64,000 nt of DNA, taken from Hydrolagus affinis (lineage: Eukaryota). The DNA is taken from positions 62,001-126,000 of the forward strand of contig JAAILG010000078.1 of the NCBI GenBank assembly GCA_012026655.1. Reading direction: 5' to 3'. This document shows, one piece after another, positions 38,930-51,626 of the stretch. The notes beneath the pieces are model-generated. The model ran no database searches and was not told the origin of the DNA. It saw only the letters and a program-made list of their open reading frames with translations. Each line of letters starts with the position of its first letter. Positions within the stretch are counted from its first letter, which is position 1. The position numbers were made by a program, and so were the translations under genes.

Positions 38930-39260
38930 CTTGACTTTAAATTCCTTATTCTAATCTCCAAACATCTCCATGCCCTTGTCCAATCCTATCTCTGCAATCT
39001 CCTGTAGTCTTCCACTCCCACCCACTCCTTCCAATCTGCTAATTTGGCTTGCTTGACTTTGTCTCTAACTTTTGCCACACCATCAGTAGGCAAGCTTTCA
39101 GCCACTTTATCCCTACACTGAACTCTCTTCCTAAATCCCTCTATCTCCTTTCTTCCCTCTGCTTTCAGAAACCAGTCTCTTTGACTGCATCACTGGCCAC
39201 CTCTCTCCTACCCGTTCGGCATGAAGAGCGTTATATAAATCCAAGTTGTTGTTATTGTTA
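38930..39260 (+). mobile_element. L2 LINE 3' end, decayed
   Basis: TISRQAFSHFIPTLNSLPKSL resembles L2 (IGGRAFS..AP.LWNSLP); tail atgaagagcgttatataaatccaagttgttg. Confidence 0.85.
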
Positions 39261-40456
39261 TCTCCCAACCTGCTCGGGCTCCCTCCCACCTGTCCCTCTG
39301 AAATATTTCCTTACATGATAAAGGCTAAATAAACACAAATTGTTCTTATTAGCTCTACTATTTAAATTATAGTAGATCCTTTGAAACATACTTGCTTCCA
39401 CATTACAAGAAGTTCAGGAATGAAAAAGTAAAAGATGTTCATAGATGTATATAAATAGAGTGCTGCAGATTACGGATAAATAAGAACAAATAGATGCAAA
39501 TTATGAATATGTTTATCATAGATACACAGAACGGAATTAATACAATTGAGCATGTACACCAATGTGAATTTATAAGAAAGTCTAACACTAAAGGGAAGAC
39601 ACGGAGTAGTTTATTAAAGATGAACACATCCTCTCCTAGAAGATAATTTAGTAACAAATGGCTCTTGCCATCCTCCACCTGTGGAATGATTCATTGCTAT
39701 CATCTTTAAGTCTGAAGTGATAAGCAACAAATTATCAAGATCCATTGTTGCTGTAGCACTCGCTCAACACGTACTGAAGTCACAGAGAACACTCAAAGGA
39801 GAGTGAATCAACAGGACTACTCAACTCTGGGATAGGGAGCCAGTTGTTCCAGGCTGCACTCCTTTTGTTTCTATAGGCATTTCCCAATCCACCACTAGCA
39901 CCAATCTAAGATTTGTCTATTTGTAGTCAGCTTTTACCGTGTGGCTTTGTGTGCTGAATACATGTCACAATGCAGAACGCAGATCATTTTCCAATGTCCC
40001 AGTTTTTCGGCAACCTAACACTTCATTTGTCCAACATTAACTGCAGTGTTGTGTCTGAGACTCAAAGAGGTGATACACAATATTTTTTTTGACTGACACT
40101 ATGTTGTGTTGGGCCACTGATCCACAAATAAATTGCAAATAATGTGTTGCAAGCTAATGTCACTGCTGCATTTTTCCTGGAGGGTTCTGCTCATCGAGTA
40201 GAAAACATTTCTTCTTTCTGCACCTAGTGTCCACATCAACCATTTCAGATCAGGTCTGAGATCTATCAAATTCAGAATGTAGTTGCCACTACTCTGTCTC
40301 AGCAACATGTCTCAACATAAACCTCAGAAAGAGTACTGCACCATGGTTCACCAATTTGCCATCGTGGCTCTGAGTAAAATGACACAGTGCAAATTTGGAC
40401 TAAATTAGAGACACTGGAATCTAATTTAGATTTTTCATTATCAATAGTTTGCAATT

Positions 40457-40853
40457 GTCAGCATGGCTCAGGTGGTAGTATTCATGCCTCTGAGTCAGAA
40501 GATTGTGGGTTTTAACCACATTTCACAACTTTAAACTCGCATTTAACTCATGTCAGCTGACATTTCAATACAGTGCTGGGTGACTGCTGTATTTACAGGT
40601 CCATCCTGTGCATCAGACAATAAGCCATGGTGGATGTTAAAGATCCCATGGCACATTCTGAAAAAAAGAAGGGAGTTTCTCCTGGTGTCCTGGCTAAGAT
40701 AAATTTGGACATTCACTTCATGGTTATATATGGGACATTTTTGTGCATAAATGGACTGCCACGTTCACCTGCAAATACACTGCCACTACAATACAGTAAA
40801 TCTTGTGAAGCGCTTTGAGACATTCTCCCAATGTGAAAAGTGCAATATTAAAT
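40457..40853 (+). mobile_element. DeuSINE (SacSINE1-like), near full length
   Basis: tRNA head gcatggctcaggtggtag...gcctctgagtcagaagattgtgggtt; Deu core ggtggatgttaaagatcccatggcac...gggagtttctcctggtgtcctggc; L2-type tail. Confidence 0.85.
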
Positions 40854-40857
40854 AATG

Positions 40858-41187
40858 ATAATATTAATCCTTGAGTTTGATATAGCCCCTTATCATGTCT
40901 TCAAGACATCTCAAAGTGCTTCATAGAATATATTGTGACATAAATTAACTGTATATTTTGTGGACAAAACATGGCAGCCAATTGTACAGTATCCGAGACA
41001 CAGTTGTGAGTCAAGTGACCAAATTAGTATTTATATTTTTGAAGAGATTATTATCCCCGAAAAGCAATCTTCTAATCAACTAACAACTTATTGCTAGTGA
41101 GGTATAAGGAAACTTGCCCAACATTTCGCCCTGCCTAGGAATCGAATCCAGGTCCTCTCACTTGTGAGGCGAATTCTCAAATCACTA
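40858..41187 (-). mobile_element. SINE, long variant, tail-to-tail with the DeuSINE
   Basis: Family tail, body, extra segment and head (ggaatcgaatccaggtc). Confidence 0.85.
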
Positions 41188-41872
41188 ATAATCAACTATT
41201 ACTACCAAACAGATTCTTTTAGATTCCAACGCTGTGCTGTGGGCCTTTACAAGATGTACTTTGTTGACCTTCCTTTAGGTCATCTTTTCCCCGCCCCAAC
41301 CTCTTTAGCTTTTACTCCACAGCTCAGGTATTCAGCCAGCAGTGTCAAGCACTTTGATACATCCACTCAACCTCAAAAGTGCTATAAAAATGTAGATTAC
41401 ATTGTACCCAATGGTTCAGAATGCACAAACTTATTTCGCATTGGATTGATACTACCACACAGCCTTTCATCCCTTCAAATGTGTACTCGATTCAAGTCCA
41501 GATCCCAGAGGTAATAGGACACTGTGCAACGACATGACACTCCCATGAATACTGCGTTTTAAACCCCCAGAGATCAAATCAAAATCATTATGTTAAAAAT
41601 AGTTACCCTATATATTAAGCTTTTCAACTGGAGAAAGGGGTAGAAACGGTCATGTCCTCTGTCAGAACATCCTGTACATTCCCAGTGGTTTTGAGGCCAA
41701 TCAACTCATATTTATTTTTAAAACAGTGTGACTGTAACAGCATTACAAATGTACAGATATAACATTTATTTTCTTCAGAGAATACTGTGAATACTGAAAT
41801 ACCTTCTCGTAGCTTGGATACGGTCTTACAATATTCAGTATTCAAGATCAACCAACTGCTTATCTTCTCAAT

Positions 41873-41985
41873 GTTTTGCCCACAAAATATAGTCAATTCA
41901 CTTTATAGTATATTCTGTGAAGCACTTTGAGACGACTCGATAAGACACTATATCAAATATCAAATGCAAGGATTATAATGTTATT
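41873..41985 (+). mobile_element. SINE 3' fragment
   Basis: ttttgcccacaaaatatagtcaattcacttta...aaatgcaaggattat. Confidence 0.85.
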
Positions 41986-42725
41986 GTGTAGAAATATTGG
42001 AGGCTTGTTTCAAGTATCAGAACATTTAGTAGAATAAATGTCACATTTTACCCTATGTGAAGCTTGGACCTTTGCATCAGCTGTCATGCTTCCTCTTTCA
42101 ACTAAGACCACAAGGTAAAGGCAGGGAGATTGTGCCCAGGCTATTCTGGTTCGTCTCAAAATGAACCCATGACAGGCTTATAGGATTGTACTTCTCGGAA
42201 ATGGCTCACCTTCTCCCTCTCGAGACTGCTATGGCTGATGTCACAATGTTGTGACCGAGTTGAACCCAATCCTGAAATCTACCTCTCGTGATGCTCAGGG
42301 TGAAGCTCTTTTCTTCAGAACTTGCTTTCCTCAGAGATAATATACAGATCCTGAACTTAACTACTCAGCTATGTCTCCAGAATACCATTGTTTGAATCCT
42401 CTCTTTGCTCTGTGACTGCAATGCATGATTCTGCTCATTCAACTAAAATATTCTTGAGCACGATGCAAACAACATTGAAGAGATGTGTACCATAACTGAT
42501 CCCAACAATGATAGTATTGCTAATACCGTAATGCACCAAACAGTCAAATAAAATACCGGCTGATTTTTTCTAAAAACAATTGACACATTATAAAATAAAT
42601 GGGGTGAAATTCCTTTTTCTGCTGATGCTCATTTTCATGTTGATGTTGTCTGCTTAAAACCCCCAAATCTCATTGCCTATGGAAGTCTAAAAATAAAGCT
42701 CAGATCAAGTCTGGGGTTTTAATAA

Positions 42726-43043
42726 AAAATCTTTGCATTTGATATAGTGCTTTTTTTGAATTTTGATAAAGCACCTTATCATGTCTTCAAGTCTTCTTCA
42801 AATCTTCAACATGTCTCAAAGCGCTTCACAGAATATACTGCATATTGTGTGGGTGAAAATCAGCAGCCAATTGTGCACAGCAGTGTCCTACAAACAGTTG
42901 TGGATTGAGTGACCCAATTTTTTTTTAGGGATTATTATCAGGCGTGTGGCGTAATGAAACTTGCCCAAGGTTTTGCCCTTGGAATCGAACCCAGGTCTGG
43001 TGCTTGCAAGGTGAATGCTCTAACCACTGAGCTACAGGACTCC
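42726..43043 (-). mobile_element. SINE, full length
   Basis: Head ends aaccactgagctacaggactcc; body and tail with micro-duplications. Confidence 0.92.
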
Positions 43044-43522
43044 ATTGTTAATTGTGGGAAATGTAGATGAGCACTGTGGCAAATTGTGAATGTAGTTGTG
43101 GACACTCACACTCACAGTGCAAAATAGGGCCATTGGATCTCCACTTACAGTTAATCGTAGTCACAATGATTGGCATGAATAGAACAACTCTTAATGCCTA
43201 TCATCTTCACTGTATTTACAGTTTCTGGAGCCTGAGAAAGGTTGTGATCACACATTTAAGTAAGTCCAGCCTCAAACACTTTAGGGACTAGCAGCTAGTA
43301 AAAGGATTTTTTCTTTTCAGGTTTGATTATCAGGGAAGGAAAATTAAGTGAAATAAGTATTTTTTAAATCTAAATTCAGGTCCCCTTATAGGTTGTAAAT
43401 GAAACAATCATTACAGAACATCTCACACAGTTGAATATGGCATAGCCTCTTGAACACATTTTGCTAGTGGCCTGCACATGTTGGCTTGCCTATATCCCTT
43501 ACTTCTCTGTTGTGCACACATA

Positions 43523-43845
43523 GAGTCCTGTAGCTCAATGGTCAGATCACTCGCCTTACAAGCGTGAAACCTGTGTTCGAATCCAGGCAGGTCAGAGTGA
43601 AACCTTAGGCAAGTTTCCTTACTCCACAAACCTAATAATAATCCCTCCAAAAAAAAACCACAATAACAAAATTGGTCATTTCAATTCACGACTGTTTGTG
43701 GGACACTGCTGTGTGTAATTGGCTGCCGCATTTCACCCACAAATACAGTCCATTCACTTTACAGTACAGTATATTCTGTGAAACGCTTTGAGACGTCTAG
43801 AAGACGTGAAAAGTGCTATCTCAAATTCAAGGATTATTATTATTA
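43523..43845 (+). mobile_element. SINE, full length
   Basis: gagtcctgtagctcaatgg...gttcgaatccagg...ggattattattatta. Confidence 0.93.
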
Positions 43846-45199
43846 TATACTGTGGTTATGTATTTCCAAGTAACTAATTCTTTAAAAGACAATCTAGTAT
43901 AGTAGTCATAGCACGTCACGGATCTTCAGTACATTGAAGATGGTACAATACCATTGGAGTCTATAAAGAGCTGCAGTTGTATCAGTGCTCCTTCTCCATG
44001 GAAATATGGGTGAAGTTGAAGTCCCGAAAGTCTCAGTGTTGTGCTGGGGCTTCCATGAAGAGAACATTTTTTTTTACATCTAAACCACTTTTGCCGATAC
44101 AAAATCAGCAGTGACACAGAAAGAAGGTTTTTTAGACTCCACTCCGTTTTCATCTGAGTTATATGAAAAACATGTACCACTGTCATAACATTTTAAAGTG
44201 CTATTGAAAATAAAGTATACACTGGAAAATGTGCCCAAACATAGATCTCATCAGACTGGACTTCCAGACATGCGATTACTAAAAGGAATGGATACTTGTG
44301 AATTCTTTGCAAATCCAGGTTCTGACTCCTGCATTTTCAACCTCTGTGTACATCAAAAGAATAGCAATATTGACAAGCAGGAGAGGGTTAGAGACTGCAG
44401 TGGTAAATGGCGCAAGAAGACCCTAGAGAGAAAGTACCACTTAAAAATAGGGAGCCTTGCCATCAGAAAACACCAGAGTAGTAATTAATGTAACATAACA
44501 ATTCAGTCACTTTATCGGCAAAACCTCTGGACTGAATTACTGTCTTGTTACCTCTTATCCCATGCTGAATGTAGTTCTTTTGCAGAGTGGAGAGTGGGTG
44601 AAATCACAGCAGACTTCTCCAGCACTTCTCATACACTTCAGATTGGCACAATATCAGGAAATAATGGGCTAAGCTGTCATTACCCCTCTACAAGACCCTG
44701 CAGCTCTGCTCAGACATGACAGAAGCTATCACAAGCTCCATTGACTTTATAGCAGCCGAAAATATTACAAAGACCACGGACGCAGTGTCTAAACCCTGCC
44801 AGGTGGCAGTTGTCAGTAAGGCACTAGCATTAAAACCTACCTCCTGCTCGTTTCTGATTTTGGAACATAAACACTGAAATGTCATGAACTGGTGTCAATA
44901 TCAACCAGCACCAGCCACTCTCCCCTTCAAAGAAATAAAAAAATACACGACAGCTCATTCCTAGGATTCTCTGCCTGGTGAGCTCCTGTCACCAGAATTC
45001 TGGCCAAACTACTGAGGAGAAGGGAATAGGAGGTTTGTTATAGCAGCCAATGCATCTGCTCATTTAAAGTGCAGATGGTCGAATGTTTCTTCTAATTTGG
45101 TTCTAAAACACTGGTTGCTGTTCTCAATCCTCAGCCTGGGATTCCACCTCCTATTTCATTCTGATTTCTGCCTCTGAATTCACACATCACCAATGTAAA

Positions 45200-45370
45200 A
45201 CCTTTTCAGGTGAGATGTTGAGCTGAAGTCCTGTCCACTTTGCTTAGGTGGAAGTTAAAGTTCTCAATGACCTCTTTACACTATTTAAACAAAAAATTGA
45301 GCTTCCTCCATTGGCCAACAATCTTCTAGATGAACTGGTCATTCATATGTTTCATGCTGAGCTGTGCTGC
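45200..45370 (+). mobile_element. DeuSINE core relic
   Basis: ctttcaggtgagatgttgagctgaagtcctgtc...aggtggaagttaaag...ttggccaaca resembles the Deu domain. Confidence 0.55.
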
Positions 45371-45744
45371 ACCAGTAGCTCACTGGGAGCTCCTGGTGCT
45401 ATCTCTATCATATAAAGTGGGACCAGAGTTGAGCTAATTTCAGAAGTGTCCCAGTTCCTCAGAGTATAAATCACTTAAGCAATGTCCCACTTCAACATTT
45501 TTCATTGGAAACGAGAACAACAAATATACTGTAAAAGGAAAGCAAACAAACAAATTCCCAGTTGTAAATGTTATTACCAGAGAAGTATCTCTGGGGAAAA
45601 CGTACTTCCACAGCAAGAACTGTGACTTTATAAGTGGGCAAAATTAAAAGATCGAGAGGTTTTATTGGTGTGACAGACTTTTTCCTCACCAATGTTGCCC
45701 TCTGACTATATCTCTGGAAGGCACTCCGGCATCTAGAAGAACTC

Positions 45745-45800
45745 TGAGACGCCGTCTGGCTGGAGGGCGCTATATAAATCGAAGCTGTTGTTGTGGTTGT
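45745..45800 (+). mobile_element. Isolated L2-type 3' tail
   Basis: tgagacgccgtctggctggagggcgctatataaatcgaagctgttgttg. Confidence 0.7.
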
Positions 45801-47744
45801 TAACTGATTTTCCTTCTATTGGGGTAGTGCCTGCCATCTTCTGCCAGTGGTCATTATTTAACTGCTTGCTTTCACAGTGAATCAACCGCAGGAAGAGACA
45901 GTCAAGTTTGATCTCATCCTGACTCAATATATGGACACACATACACACACACACTATCTGATAGTTGTCTGGACAGAGATCAAAGTTAAGCAATTCCACT
46001 TGATTTTAGCCTGAAAACTATCTTAAAATGTGATTTTGGGGATTGCAAATTCTATCTTACAAGTAATAATTCAATCACAACCACAGCCTCCCAAGTATGA
46101 GTATGCCACTAGAATGCTGTGGTTTTCTTGAACTCCCTTTGACTCTATTTATATTAATGATGGAACAATAACTGGAGAACAAAACCTCCTCACAGAAATG
46201 GTTGAAAACAAATTAAGCCTTGCAAAGACATCACAAATAATTAATTTTCAGAATTAAAAAAATATTAAATCTAAAATATCAAAATTAAACTCCTGCAACG
46301 ATGCAATGTGTTGCATAGCACAATAGCCTCGATTGACTAGTAAAAAAAACTGAACTAATTACGAAAAACTGCTTAAAAATCACTCTACATCGCCTGCCCC
46401 ATATATGGCTCAGATCAATTCTTGTTCATGATATGAGCACTCTAACTTGGGAGCAATAGATTGCACACAGTTGTCAGTGAACTAACTGAATAATAACTAG
46501 CTGTGAAACACACAGTATTCATTTATTATTTAGCAAAAAGGCACCTCAATTGCAATGCTTCATTCCTTTTATGCTGTGTTTAGTTTTTGCAGCACACTGG
46601 AAAAACCTGAAACCTACACAAAACACTTTACAAGACTAATTAAAACCCACAAGATCCCTAAACTGGAATTTCCTTTGCATTTTTACAAAAGGTATTCCAA
46701 GCACCGATTGTAACTTCCAGTTGTGAACACAAAATTGAAATTGTGATATTTTCAAAACAACTACTTTTGAATTGTTAGTCTTTAGAGCTGGCAAAGTGAG
46801 AACAAAAGCTAATTGTAACAAGAATTCCAAATGTATATCCCCAAGTCAACGTGCCAATATATAGTGCCAGATTAATGCCAGTTTAATGCACCAATACTGT
46901 ACAAGATGGAAATGGAGAATTATTCCACCAGGATCTAGATTTACTCTATTTTCTTAGCATTTGACTGTATCCGAAATTTGGCAAATGTTAAATTCAGTTT
47001 TAACCAAAACTTTTGACTGATTTTTCTAGTGATTAATGAAAGAAATCTCACTAAATCTTCACAATCATGACTATGTCTTCTACAGTGCAATACAAACTAC
47101 ATTCTTCATCTCTATACAGATTAATGGAACAACAGTAACCAGCAACACAGCTATGATGGGCTGTAAGCTTTCTATGATTCTAGGGGTATACCATAATTTC
47201 CTAACCTATTCATAATATTACAACATCAAATGGAAGCCAACAACACCTGCCTAAAGCCAAATCAATATTTCTAAAGCACATTGAGAAATCAGTTTTTCTC
47301 ATTGATCAATGTCATTTGAATACAAGTGCTGGGTTAAGATCATTATTACAAACACAATTAAGGCATTCATTTACAAGGAAACCTGTGCAAATATTTCATC
47401 TGATACTATGGAATGAAGAGGTCTGCTGGTGCAGGCTGCAAAGCTGGTTCCAAATCACTGTTTTGGAAACTTAAATTCAGCCTTGCTCAGGGAAAGAAAG
47501 TGAAGGGTCTATTCTGACAACAGGGTGTCAAGGGTGATGAGTGAGCAAACTAAAATGCTCTGGCCACCAACAGAATGCAGTCTGCAACCTTAGTCAAAAT
47601 GTGGTGATCATGTTAAACTCAGCTCTGATTACACTATATATGTTTTATCTCAGGCTACACTCAATATTTCAGGAACTCAATTGGCCCAATAAAGTAATTG
47701 ATTGATTTGTTTTAAATTTGAGAAATTTAGGTGGGAATCAACTC

Positions 47745-48090
47745 TGACGAATGACTGAATCAGCTAGGTCTTTTCACCATTGAAACAAGAACTCAGAGAG
47801 GACATTGCAGAGGTGAATGAGATATTAAACATGATAGAGAAATAAACATTCAATTCTTTCAAATATCCCAAGGTAACAAGAGAATACAGGATAAGGGTTT
47901 GAAGAACAATTTCAAGAAAGGCTCCAGGAAGTTTTTTTGACACAAAGGGTAATTAATAAGTGTGAGATTACCAGCATGTCAGTAGCCAATGCAATAGAAT
48001 AATTTAAGAATCAGCTTGATACTGTAATGAAAATACAGCAGATCGGTTATTCTGGAAATTGCTGTATGGTCTTCTTCACCCATATCTCTT
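47745..48090 (+). mobile_element. CR1 LINE 3' end, decayed
   Basis: Fragments translate as LNQLGLFTIE / LREDIAEV / RKFF.TQRVIN / FKNQLD, matching the CR1 ORF2 C-terminus pattern. Confidence 0.75.
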
Positions 48091-49146
48091 GTGCAAACTT
48101 GCTGATCTCTCTGCTCCTCCCTTACAAAAGTATTAAAGAAAAACTTGGGTTTCCTCTTTCATGCAAAATACGCTCCCTCAATAACACTTCACTCTTTATG
48201 AAGTAACAATTGAATACTGCTCCTATATCTGGGAAGTTTGCCACCTGGCAGGGATTATTTCACCTATGATTTCCACCCTGCAGATTGCATTGATAAACAA
48301 AGATAATAGCAAGAAAGAGGTGTCGGAGACTATAAGAGAGAAAAAATTACCTATCAGTTTACCACTCTTTTCCTCTACTCTATCTGAGTACAAGAGAGAT
48401 CCTGTAGAAGCACCTATATGGCCATTGCATTGATAGAAGTATTTATCTGCAGAAAACTACAGGTATGTATTTGTAAATTAAATTGGTTTGGAGTTTAAAT
48501 AGCACTGGTAAGAAAGACACATATAGCATTATTCCTCCTTCAGCAAGGAAAAACTATCAAAAACATTTTTTGATTCAAGGCCTACAAAATGGAGTTGAGT
48601 ATGGCAAACAAACAACTTCTTATTAATCAAATGAAAGAAACCAAATTTCAGGGGAATCGCTAACCCTGAAAACAAAACCAGTGTCGCAACACAAAATGTG
48701 TGAAGCCAAGGTCAAGATCATTAAAGGAGAAGGTGCATGTTAACATCCTGCTCATTCTTACATCAATCGTACATTGGTCCATTTCCTGTTTCTATCCTCA
48801 TTTAAATTGGAAGATATTTCCTCAAATTTGGCCAGTGTTATGTTTCTAGGAATTGGTATAATCCCTGCTCATCCTATGATCCAGCGATCAGGTTTCCAAG
48901 TAATTCTACACATTATTGAGCTAAACTGGGAAGAATTACAGTGGACCATTAGAAACTCACCATTGACATAAGATGAGAGATGAGTTATTACTGTTCCAAA
49001 ATAAATTTCAAAAATATCATCTGTGATTTAATCCCCTCATGATTTAAACCTACATTCAATTGAATTGTGTCTCCTTAAACAAACTTCTTTACTAGCCTCT
49101 GAATAACCTGTTATGGAGTCAGCCAGGGATACAAAGCTACATAAGA

Positions 49147-49262
49147 TAATAATAATTCTTGCTGTTGAGATGCCTCATTACATCTTAGAGACCTCTCAAA
49201 AGGCTTGGCAGAATATATTGTAAAGTGGATAGATTGTATATTTTGAAAGCGAAAAGCTAACG
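49147..49262 (-). mobile_element. SINE 3' fragment, old
   Basis: aataataattcttgc...tctcaaaaggcttggcagaatatattgtaaagtg. Confidence 0.65.
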
Positions 49263-49483
49263 GTCAATGGATGTAGTTTACATGGATTTTCTGAAGACAT
49301 TTGATAGGTAAATAGATGAATAGTAATTTAATGACTTGGATACAAAAATGTTTGGGATCCGCGTGGCAGAGGGTTGGGATGTGGGGTGCTCTGTGATTGA
49401 TGGGTACCTTCTCTCCCACCATCAGGATCAGTGCTAGACTTTTCACCTGACGGGGATAAACTTTATCTATTTTACATATACAG

Positions 49484-49491
<8 letters not shown>

Positions 49492-49516
<25 letters not shown>
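49492..49516 (+). repeat. (TG)n microsatellite abutting a SINE head
   Basis: Perfect TG run. Confidence 0.95.
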
Positions 49517-49517
<1 letters not shown>

Positions 49518-49797
49518 GAGTCCTGTAGCTCAGTGGTTAGAGCACTCACCTTCCAAGCGAGAGACCTGGGTTCAATTCCAGGGAGGGTGAAACCTTAGGC
49601 AAGTTTCTTTACTTTACACACCTAATAATCCCTCAAAAAAAAATTGGTCATTTCAATCCACTACTGTTTGTGGGACACTGCTGTGTGCAATTGGCTGCCG
49701 CGTTTCGTCCACAACTCACGTTACAGTATATTCTGTGAAGCGCTTTGAGACATCTAGAAGATGTGAAAAGCGCTATATCAAATGCAAGGATTATTAT
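49517..49797 (+). mobile_element. SINE, full length, followed by (TA)n
   Basis: ggagtcctgTAGCTCAGTGGttagagc...GGTTCAATTCC...aaatgcaaggattatta. Confidence 0.95.
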
Positions 49798-51450
49798 ATA
49801 TATATATATATATATAGATATAAAGAAATCAGTATCATCTTTGATATTCCTGATCCAACTGACTTTGATTTGGGATCCGAGTAGCAGCATTTGATGGGAG
49901 GGTGGGTGGGAACCATTCTGTCTCCACAGCATAACTGAAAGGCACCCGATAGCAATTTTGTAATGTCAATTAAACACAATAATAGTAACAACTCAATTCA
50001 TTCAGCAACGTGTGAAGCAGCTCTAAAATTCTGGTGTCTCGGACTTCAGATTAAAATTGAGTTGGATTGAGGAGAATAATAATCCTCATATTTGATATAG
50101 TGGTTTATACATTATGAATATATATATATTATATATAGAATCAAAGAAGGTAACATTATTTTTAAAACCGGCACAAAGGAACTGTCCAAAGTGTGGGAGT
50201 CAGGGAGAGCGAGTTTAGAGACTAGCGATAGTTAAGCTTTGAGGTTTGGGATCCTTGTAGCTCTAAATTTGTATCCTCAACTGCAAGGATTATTATTATT
50301 ATTATAAGTTAAGGTATGTGACTAAATTTACAATGTTTCAAAAGGATCATTGAATGTAATGATTATCACAAAGAATTCGATATCGAACACCACAAATTTC
50401 CCCAATATATAAAAGAACTGCAGATATAGTAATAAAGGAACTATAACCAAGTTTGCTGTTGCACAGTTGCTTCTAGTATTATTGTGTGGTGCTGTGCATT
50501 CCAACCTGTGAACGGGTTAATTCCTCAGCAGCCTCGGGGCTTGCAGAGTTACTTCTATTTGAAACATCTCTGCAATACACCACAATATAAATGCAGCATC
50601 ACATGCCTCCCTCCGATTGGTATTCAGCATTCCTTCCCCTCTACCTTACTAAGCTGAGATCTACACTGTTTTCAGAGACAACTGTGGCATTTCTCAAAGT
50701 TAATGGGTGATGATGCTGTTGCGGGTTCCTTCAGTCTGGGTTATATCTGTATCTGTGGATGGTGTCAGACAAAATTGGAGAAGCCTTTTTAAAAGATCTC
50801 AGAAGCATGCTAATGCCAGCTTTTAATGAGAGTGTTTTCTTAATCTCTCTGAAAATTCTTCACTCTGATTTCATGTCATGTTGGTTGCTGGGCTTGATAA
50901 TACTGCATATTATAGGTATCAAATCCACAAGGGTTCAACAGATCAGGTCCTTGGAGGTTAAAGAAAGAAGCCGGTCTATCTCAGCCAAATTTAAGTCGAT
51001 TTATGCTAGGTGGGTTACACAAAACTGATCAGTTTAAGTTTACCTCACATGGTTGTCTCCACAATGCAAAGGCAAAATAACCAGGCTCCCGTGGATGACG
51101 TTGTGTAGATTCACAGGCAATGAAAGCCTAAACCAAGCATGCAGACCAGAGAGGCTATCAACTTAGCTTGGAGCAAGAGCAGTCAGTTATGGATATCACA
51201 GCCAAATCAAGTGATTTTCTAACGGATTAGTGAGCACTCAGTCTAAAGAAGTAGAGGAGGGGAGGGGCAGGCCTTCAGTGGCAGGATGTACCATCAAGTA
51301 GCTGGCTTAGTCTACGAGTACTACTTACTTATCCCAACACTTACTTTAAGCTAACAATGTGACAATCTCCTTTTTGTTCAATTTAGTTGGCCGGATATCG
51401 GAAAAAAGCAATTTGCTGTTAATTCACAATATTTGAGGTAAAAACTGCCC

Positions 51451-51626
51451 GGATTCGCAAAGGATTGTAAATATTGAAACCTGCCGCGAACCAGATGGGC
51501 ATCCTGCCAACCCAGAGGAACTCTGCTCGGATGCAATCTCCATATGGGGGTGCAGGGGAGAGGAGTTCCCCAGGGTTGTTGTGGTCACCAGCAGGGGGTT
51601 TCATATTTACCATCCTTTGTGAATCC
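51451..51626. repeat. Imperfect long palindrome, MITE-like
   Basis: ggattcgcaaaggattgtaaatattgaaacc pairs with ggtttcatatttaccatcctttgtgaatcc; inner caacccagaggaactc pairs with gagttccccagggttg; centre ccatatgg. Confidence 0.8.

Noticed and set aside
44198-44488. 96-aa ORF with NIDKQERV, reminiscent of CR1
   Set aside because: A single short motif with no other collinear CR1 features
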